64,000 bases of DNA, from the NCBI GenBank assembly GCA_040756875.1, contig JBFLYH010000002.1:927078-991077 (forward strand), given 5' to 3'. The notes beneath the pieces are model-generated. The model was not told the DNA's origin and did no database searches. It saw nothing but the letters and a program-made list of their open reading frames with translations. Origin of the DNA: a candidate division FCPU426 bacterium (lineage in GTDB: Bacteria; Oederibacteriota; JAAXVQ01; JAUVAV01). The position numbers and the translations under genes are program-made. Shown one piece after another: positions 58,618 to 64,000 of this stretch. The first letter of the stretch is position 1; each line of letters opens with the position of its first letter.

Positions 58618-60498
58618 ATGAGAAGAGGGATAGCCAGACTGGGGTTGGCGGCAGTGGTTTTGGCCCTGCCGCATGCCGCCCTGGCCCAGGACATTACCAT
58701 TCAGGCGGATGTGAATCCCAAGCAGGCGGCGGTCGGTCAGCCGCTGCGCTTGGTGGTCTCCATTTCAGGCCAAGCCAACCTGCAGGGAGGGCCCCAGCTG
58801 CCGGATCTTTCGGATTTTCAGGTCTACAACGGCGGGCAGTCCACCAATTTTTCCTGGGTCAATGGCCAGGTGTCTTCTTCCCTGAATTATACCTATGTGC
58901 TGGTTCCAAAACACTCCGGCCAGTTCACCATCGGTCCGGTGCAAATTACGCATGCAGGCCAGACCTATGCCACCCAGCCCATGACTGTGAGCGTGGGAGC
59001 GGCAGCCAGTGCGCCGCCTGCGGCCAGCGCACCCCCGGCCGGCGCGCCGCAGGCGGCCAATGCGCCCCAGGCCAGCGCGCCGCCCATCCAGACCGAGCGC
59101 AACCGCGGCGCGGCCTTCGTGACCACCAGCGTGGACCGCAAGCACGTTTATGTCAACGAGCCGGTGATCCTTTCCTTCCGCTTCTACACCCGCGTGCCGA
59201 TTTTATCGCAGCCCCAATACCAGCCGGCGGATACCAACGGCTTCTGGGCCGAGGACCTTCCGCCCCAGCGCCAATACACTCAGATCGTCAATGGCAACGA
59301 CTACCGGGTCATTGAAATCCGCACCTTGCTGTTTCCGACCACAGCCGGGTCTCTGACCATCGGCCCGGCCAAATTGATCGTACAGATGGAAAACTTTCAG
59401 CGCCGCATGGCCGATCCCTTTGCCGATGATTTTTTCCGCAACTTTTTCTCCCGCGGACAGACCGCGGAACTGCAATCCGAGCCGATTACCGTTCAGGTCA
59501 AATCCATCCCCCAGGAGGGGCGGCCGTCCAATTTTACGGGTGCGGTCGGGAAGTGGTCCCTGTCCGCCAAACTGGACCGCAGGGAAGCCAAAGTCAACGA
59601 CGCCGTGACCCTGGAGGTGCGCATTTTCGGAGAAGGCAACGTCAAGTCCGTGGGCAAGCTCGAGCTCCCGCCCCTGACCGGATTCAAGGTGTACGAAACC
59701 ATTTCATCCTCGGAGGTGCAGAAACAGGGAGACCAGGTGCGCGGCGTCAAGATCTACCGAACCCTGCTGCGGCCTGAAGTCACGGGCGTGCTCGCGATCC
59801 CTGAACTCGCCTACAGCTATTTCGATCCCCAGTCCGGCACGTTCGAGCAAATCCGGGTGCCGAGCCTGAGCCTCAAGGTGCTGCCCGGCGAGCCGGCGGC
59901 GGCCGGGCAGGCCGCAGCCGTGTTCGCGCCCGGCGCGTCGGCTGCGCCGGCGGAAGGCGTGAAGCTGATGGCGCAGGACATCCGTTATCTGAAAACCAGC
60001 CTGCCGCTCGCGCCCCGGGCCCAGCCCCTGGCCGGGTGGTTCTGGCTGCTTGGCTTCGGGCTTCCGCCCCTGATGCTGGCCGGCTTATGGAGCTGGCATC
60101 GCTGGCAGGACCGGCTGGCGGCTGATCCCCGGTTTGCGCGGCGCCTGAGCGCCGACAAAAGCGCGCGCCAGGCCCTGCGCCAGGCGCATCGCTCGCGCCA
60201 GCGCCGCGACGCCAAGACGTTCTATGCGCAGCTTATTCAGGCGGTCAACGGGTATTTGGCCGACCATCTCGGCCTCTCCCGCGCGGGCGTCACGCAGCGC
60301 GAATTGCTGCAGCTCCTGCGCCAGCGCCGGGCCCAGGAAGCGCTTCTGTCCGGACTGACCCGTTTGTGGGAGGAATGCGATTACGCCCGCTTTGCACCCG
60401 GCGCCTCTGACCCTGCCGCCATGGAAGCGCACGAGCGCCAGGCCGAATCCCTGCTGGCACAATTGGGACGGATTCTTTCCCGGGAGACAAAAGCATGA
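58618..60498 (+). CDS. batD: BatD family protein
   Basis: Signal peptide, repeated Ig-like BatD modules (G.FTIGP, FTGAVG, GEGN, YFDP) and a C-terminal TM. Confidence 0.88.
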   Translation: MRRGIARLGLAAVVLALPHAALAQDITIQADVNPKQAAVGQPLRLVVSISGQANLQGGPQLPDLSDFQVYNGGQSTNFSWVNGQVSSSLNYTYVLVPKHSGQFTIGPVQITHAGQTYATQPMTVSVGAAASAPPAASAPPAGAPQAANAPQASAPPIQTERNRGAAFVTTSVDRKHVYVNEPVILSFRFYTRVPILSQPQYQPADTNGFWAEDLPPQRQYTQIVNGNDYRVIEIRTLLFPTTAGSLTIGPAKLIVQMENFQRRMADPFADDFFRNFFSRGQTAELQSEPITVQVKSIPQEGRPSNFTGAVGKWSLSAKLDRREAKVNDAVTLEVRIFGEGNVKSVGKLELPPLTGFKVYETISSSEVQKQGDQVRGVKIYRTLLRPEVTGVLAIPELAYSYFDPQSGTFEQIRVPSLSLKVLPGEPAAAGQAAAVFAPGASAAPAEGVKLMAQDIRYLKTSLPLAPRAQPLAGWFWLLGFGLPPLMLAGLWSWHRWQDRLAADPRFARRLSADKSARQALRQAHRSRQRRDAKTFYAQLIQAVNGYLADHLGLSRAGVTQRELLQLLRQRRAQEALLSGLTRLWEECDYARFAPGASDPAAMEAHERQAESLLAQLGRILSRETKA

Positions 60499-61247
60499 AA
60501 CCCAGCGCCCTGATCTGTTTGTTGTGGCTGGCGCCGGGCCTGGTTTGGGCCGCGGCTGCGACCGATCCCGCGGCCGCAGCGCGCGCGGCTTATGACGCCG
60601 GCAATTACGTTCAGGCGGCGGAAGAATACCGGGCGCTGGAAGGGCGTGGTTTCGGGAGTGCGGCCCTGTATTACGACTGGGGCAACGCCGAATACAAGGC
60701 CGGGCATCTGGGCCGCGCCATTGCCCTTTACCGCCGGGCCGAGAAGCTTGGGCCGTGGGACGAGGATGTGCGCTTCAATCTGGATTACGCCCGCAAGCAG
60801 GTCAAGCGGCCCGAGGATCCCAACGGCCCGCTCACCCGCTGGTTGTTGTCCGTTTACCGGAGTCTGCCCGGCCCGACCCTGCTGGCCGCAGCCTGGGCCA
60901 TCTACCTGCTGTTGTCGGCCCTGGCGGCGGTCTTGATCGTGCGCCGCGGCCAGGGCGCGCTCTGGCGCTGGCTGGCCCTGGCTGCCACTGGTTTATTCCT
61001 GATCGCCGCCGGCTGGGCCTCCCTGCGGCTGCTCGATGAGAAACAGGCTGCCATTGGGGTGATTGTCACCAACCAGGCCGAGGCCCGCAACGGCCCGGCC
61101 GCGGACTTCGACGTGGGCTTCAAGATTCCCGAAGGCCGTGAAGTGCGCGTCTTGGGGCACGAGGCCGGCTGGGTGGCCGTGGGCCTGGCGCCCGAGGGGT
61201 ATAAGGGCTGGGTCAAATCCGAAGATATTTGGGAAGACGGGGAATGA
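60495..61247 (+). CDS. batE: BatE family TPR + SH3b protein
   Basis: TPR (LYYDWGNAEYK.G.LGRAI..Y), two TMs and a C-terminal SH3-like EG..V...GWV. Confidence 0.85.
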   Translation: MKPSALICLLWLAPGLVWAAAATDPAAAARAAYDAGNYVQAAEEYRALEGRGFGSAALYYDWGNAEYKAGHLGRAIALYRRAEKLGPWDEDVRFNLDYARKQVKRPEDPNGPLTRWLLSVYRSLPGPTLLAAAWAIYLLLSALAAVLIVRRGQGALWRWLALAATGLFLIAAGWASLRLLDEKQAAIGVIVTNQAEARNGPAADFDVGFKIPEGREVRVLGHEAGWVAVGLAPEGYKGWVKSEDIWEDGE

Positions 61248-61801
61248 ACCGACCAGACTGGCCGAACCCTTATCGGTTGCTCGCGCATCCTGCTTTCATC
61301 CTGGCTTCGGCCGCGCTGATGGTCATTGCTTACAGTTGCATGACCCACGGCTTCGCCCGCCATGCCCTGGATCACATCCTGGCCTTTCAGCTCTCCTTCA
61401 CCCCCGCCCGGGCGCTGCGGGCGATTGCGGAGTGGGGCCTGCCGGGCGTCCAGGCGTATATGGCCAGCATGTGGCTGGATTTTATTTTTCCGCTGGGCTA
61501 CGGGCTGTTCATTTCGGGCCTGTTGGCCAGGACGCTGATCCGCGGCGGCGAACAAGCGAATGCCCGCACCCTGCGGCTGGCGGCGCTGCCCTGGACGGCC
61601 GTGGGCTGCGATTACCTGGAAAACGTGCTGCACCTGTGGATGCTTTCCCGCGGCTGGCCCAGCGAGTGGCTGCCCCTGCTCGCGGCTTCCATAGCCGCGG
61701 CCATCAAGTGGGGGATCATGGCTTTCGTGATCCTGGCCCTGCTCGCCACCTGGGGCCGGCGGCTGATTGAGCGTTTTTTCCCTATGGCCTCCCGTCCCTG
61801 A
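61244..61801 (+). CDS. Hypothetical four-TM membrane protein
   Basis: Hydrophobic helices; LDFIFP..Y and DYLEN motifs; ATG overlaps the batE stop. Confidence 0.75.
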   Translation: MNRPDWPNPYRLLAHPAFILASAALMVIAYSCMTHGFARHALDHILAFQLSFTPARALRAIAEWGLPGVQAYMASMWLDFIFPLGYGLFISGLLARTLIRGGEQANARTLRLAALPWTAVGCDYLENVLHLWMLSRGWPSEWLPLLAASIAAAIKWGIMAFVILALLATWGRRLIERFFPMASRP

Positions 61802-61843
61802 TTTTTTCCTGGTTATTTCGTTGTTCGTCTGTCCCGGTTGTCC

Positions 61844-61871
61844 TTGACAGCTCCCCAGCCGCTGCTATAAT
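61844..61871 (+). promoter_or_regulatory. Consensus sigma70 promoter
   Basis: TTGACA-N16-TATAAT with a TG extended -10. Confidence 0.8.
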
Positions 61872-61918
61872 CTGGGCCAACGCGGTTTTCTCATCAAGGG
61901 TCCAAAGGAGTCCTGGCC

Positions 61919-62086
61919 ATGAAAGGCAATTCTGCTTGCGGTGGGTGGTACTTCATCGCCATGATCGGCGCGGCGGTTTATTTCGTCCAGCAATCCGCCA
62001 CGTTCTGGGGCGGCGTGCTTGGCGTGTTGAAAGCCCTGGTCTGGCCCGCGTTCCTGATTTATCGCCTACTGGTCTACCTCGCGTAA
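61919..62086 (+). CDS. 55-aa two-helix membrane protein (not in the ORF track)
   Basis: AAAGGAG RBS; MKGNSACGGWYFIAMIGAAVYFVQQSATFWGGVLGVLKALVWPAFLIYRLLVYLA; has its own promoter; GC3-rich codons. Confidence 0.8.
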   Translation: MKGNSACGGWYFIAMIGAAVYFVQQSATFWGGVLGVLKALVWPAFLIYRLLVYLA

Positions 62087-62166
62087 CCGGCTGTCTTCCT
62101 ATTATATAGCGGAAGCCTCCGAACCCCGCGGGCCGGCGTTTTGGCTGGAAACGCGGCTTTCCTTGA

Positions 62167-62195
62167 TTGACTTTCCCTGGCGCCTTGCGTATATT
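62167..62195 (+). promoter_or_regulatory. Probable sigma70 promoter
   Basis: TTGACT-N17-TATATT. Confidence 0.6.
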
Positions 62196-62265
62196 TAACC
62201 CCCAAAGCCAGCCGAGTTCTGGTTTGTTTGTCCGGCTGGTATTTGGGAAGAAGGAGGCGCCTGTC

Positions 62266-63657
62266 ATGATCAAATACGACCACCACCATCACACTCTCAA
62301 GCGGGATGAATTCCGCTATCAGCTGCAGGAAGTCAAGGAACCCAATCTGTACCGCGACATCTATACCTATGAAATGCCGCCCCTGCTGTGCTTCAACCAC
62401 CGCATATCGCCTCTGATGCCGGCCGAGGATATTTGGATCACAGACACGACTTTCCGCGACGGGCAGCAGGCGCTGCCGCCCTTTACGCCGGACCAGATCG
62501 TCCACCTCTACGACCTGCTGCACAAACTGTCCGGGCCGCGGGGCCTGATCCGCCAATCCGAGTTCTTTTTGTATACCGACAAGGACAAGGAAGCAGTGCG
62601 GCGCTGTCTGGAGCGCGGCTACGAGTTTCCCGAAGTCACGGGCTGGATCCGCGCCAAGAAGGAAGACCTCAGCCTGGTCAAGGAAATCGGCATCAAGGAA
62701 ACGGGCATTTTGACCTCGGCCTCTGACTATCATATTTTCAACAAACTGAAAATGACCCGGCGCCAGGCCCTGGACAGCTACCTGGAGATCGTACGCGCCG
62801 CGCTGGAGATGGGCGTGATTCCGCGCTGCCACTTGGAGGACATCACCCGGGCGGATTTCTACGGCTTCGTCATCCCCTTTGCCCAGGAGCTCATGAAGCT
62901 TTCGCGGGAAGCCGGCGTGCCGGTCAAGATCCGGGCCTGCGACACCCTGGGGTACGGCGTGAGCATTCCGGGCGTCATGCTGCCGCGCAACGTGAACGGC
63001 ATCATCTACGGCCTCAAAGAATATGCCGGCGTGCCTTCGGAGCTGATGGAGTGGCACGGCCACAACGATTTCTACCGCGCGCTGAGCAATTCCGTGGCCG
63101 CCTGGCTGTACGGCTGCTCGGCTGCGAACGGCACCCTGCTCGGCATCGGCGAACGCACGGGCAACACGGCCATCGAGGCCCTGATCATCGAATACATCGG
63201 CCTGCGCGGGGAATTGGCGGGCGTGGATACGTCCGTGATCACCGAGGTGGCCGAGTACTTCGAAAAGGAACTCAAATACGTCATACCGCACAACCAGCCG
63301 CTGGTGGGCAAGAACTTCAACGTCACCCGGGCCGGGATCCATGCGGACGGGCTGATGAAGGACCAGGAAATCTATAATATCTTCGACACGGAAAAACTGT
63401 TAAAGCGGCCGGTGGACATCGGCATCACGGACAAATCCGGCGCGGCCGGCATCGCCTACTGGCTCAACGCGCGCCTCAAGATCCCCGAGGCGCACAAAGT
63501 GCAAAAGAACGATCCGGGCGTCATAGCCATCAAGGATTGGGTGGACCTGGAATATAAAAACGGGCGCATTACCGGCATTTCCGACGAGGAAATGTGGGAA
63601 CAGGCCCGCATCCACTTTTCCGAGTGGGTGGGTTACGCCCAGAATGACAGGCGGTAG
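62266..63657 (+). CDS. Probable Re-citrate synthase (DRE-TIM metallolyase, isopropylmalate/homocitrate synthase family)
   Basis: ITDTTFRDGQQ, SASDYHI, CDTLG, HGHND, GIGERTGN and AGIHADG motifs; lies upstream of icd; AAGGAGG RBS. Confidence 0.82.
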   Translation: MIKYDHHHHTLKRDEFRYQLQEVKEPNLYRDIYTYEMPPLLCFNHRISPLMPAEDIWITDTTFRDGQQALPPFTPDQIVHLYDLLHKLSGPRGLIRQSEFFLYTDKDKEAVRRCLERGYEFPEVTGWIRAKKEDLSLVKEIGIKETGILTSASDYHIFNKLKMTRRQALDSYLEIVRAALEMGVIPRCHLEDITRADFYGFVIPFAQELMKLSREAGVPVKIRACDTLGYGVSIPGVMLPRNVNGIIYGLKEYAGVPSELMEWHGHNDFYRALSNSVAAWLYGCSAANGTLLGIGERTGNTAIEALIIEYIGLRGELAGVDTSVITEVAEYFEKELKYVIPHNQPLVGKNFNVTRAGIHADGLMKDQEIYNIFDTEKLLKRPVDIGITDKSGAAGIAYWLNARLKIPEAHKVQKNDPGVIAIKDWVDLEYKNGRITGISDEEMWEQARIHFSEWVGYAQNDRR

Positions 63658-63663
63658 CGTCCC

Positions 63664-64000
63664 ATGTCCAAGCTGACGTACACCCCGCCTGCCTCCGGCG
63701 AAACGATCGCCTGGCAGGACGGGCGCCTGCAGGTGCCGGACCGGCCCATCGTCGCTTTCGTCGAGGGCGACGGCATCGGCCCGGACATCTGGCGCGCCAG
63801 CCGGCAGGTGCTGGACGCGGCCGTGGAAGCCGTATACCAGGGCCGGCGGCGGATCCACTGGCTGGAAGTACTGTGCGGCGAGAAAGCCGTGGCCGCCGGC
63901 CATTCCGCGCTGCCCGAGGAAACCCTGGAAGCCATCCGCCGCTACCGCGTGGCCATCAAGGGGCCGCTGACCACTCCGGTCGGAGGCGGGTTCCGTTCCC
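63664..64000 (+). CDS. icd: NADP-dependent isocitrate dehydrogenase, N-terminal part (truncated by the window end)
   Basis: [20 protein letters not shown]...[16 protein letters not shown]. Confidence 0.93.
   Translation, partial: MSKLTYTPPASGETIAWQDGRLQVPDRPIVAFVEGDGIGPDIWRASRQVLDAAVEAVYQGRRRIHWLEVLCGEKAVAAGHSALPEETLEAIRRYRVAIKGPLTTPVGGGFRS

Overview
A GC-rich bacterial chromosomal segment with all recognisable genes on the + strand. Positions ~1,250-51,000 hold an essentially complete flagellar supercluster of a diderm organism (FlgH/FlgI rings present) that also has the FliW-CsrA module and FlbD. Gene order: flgF-flgG-flgA-flgH-flgI-flgJ-flgM-flgN-flgK-flgL-fliW-csrA-fliC; a four-gene glycosyltransferase/methyltransferase island; fliD-fliS; HDOD + kinase; flgBC-fliEFG-(fliH::fliI fusion)-fliJK-flgDE-flbD-motAB; fliLMNOPQR-flhBA; an NtrC-type sigma54 activator; fliA; a PilZ protein; a second HDOD + kinase pair. 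Downstream are an NlpC/P60 lipoprotein, a MoxR-DUF58-Bat (vWA/TPR) operon, a 55-aa membrane protein missing from the ORF track, a probable Re-citrate synthase and the start of isocitrate dehydrogenase. The most unusual signals are non-coding: (1) a sigma28-like promoter, a 102-bp structured tandem array and a strong terminator forming an apparent stand-alone RNA gene between motB and fliL; (2) a 69-nt three-way-junction element present twice, 55 kb apart, with compensatory base changes; (3) a shared TGGAA/TTCCAT motif at near-identical distances upstream of sigma54 promoters. The motor also looks atypical: FliM lacks the CheY-binding peptide, MotB has a degenerate peptidoglycan-binding motif, and there are no che or flhF/flhG genes in the window. 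All calls come from motif recognition by eye; no database searches or folding programs were run.
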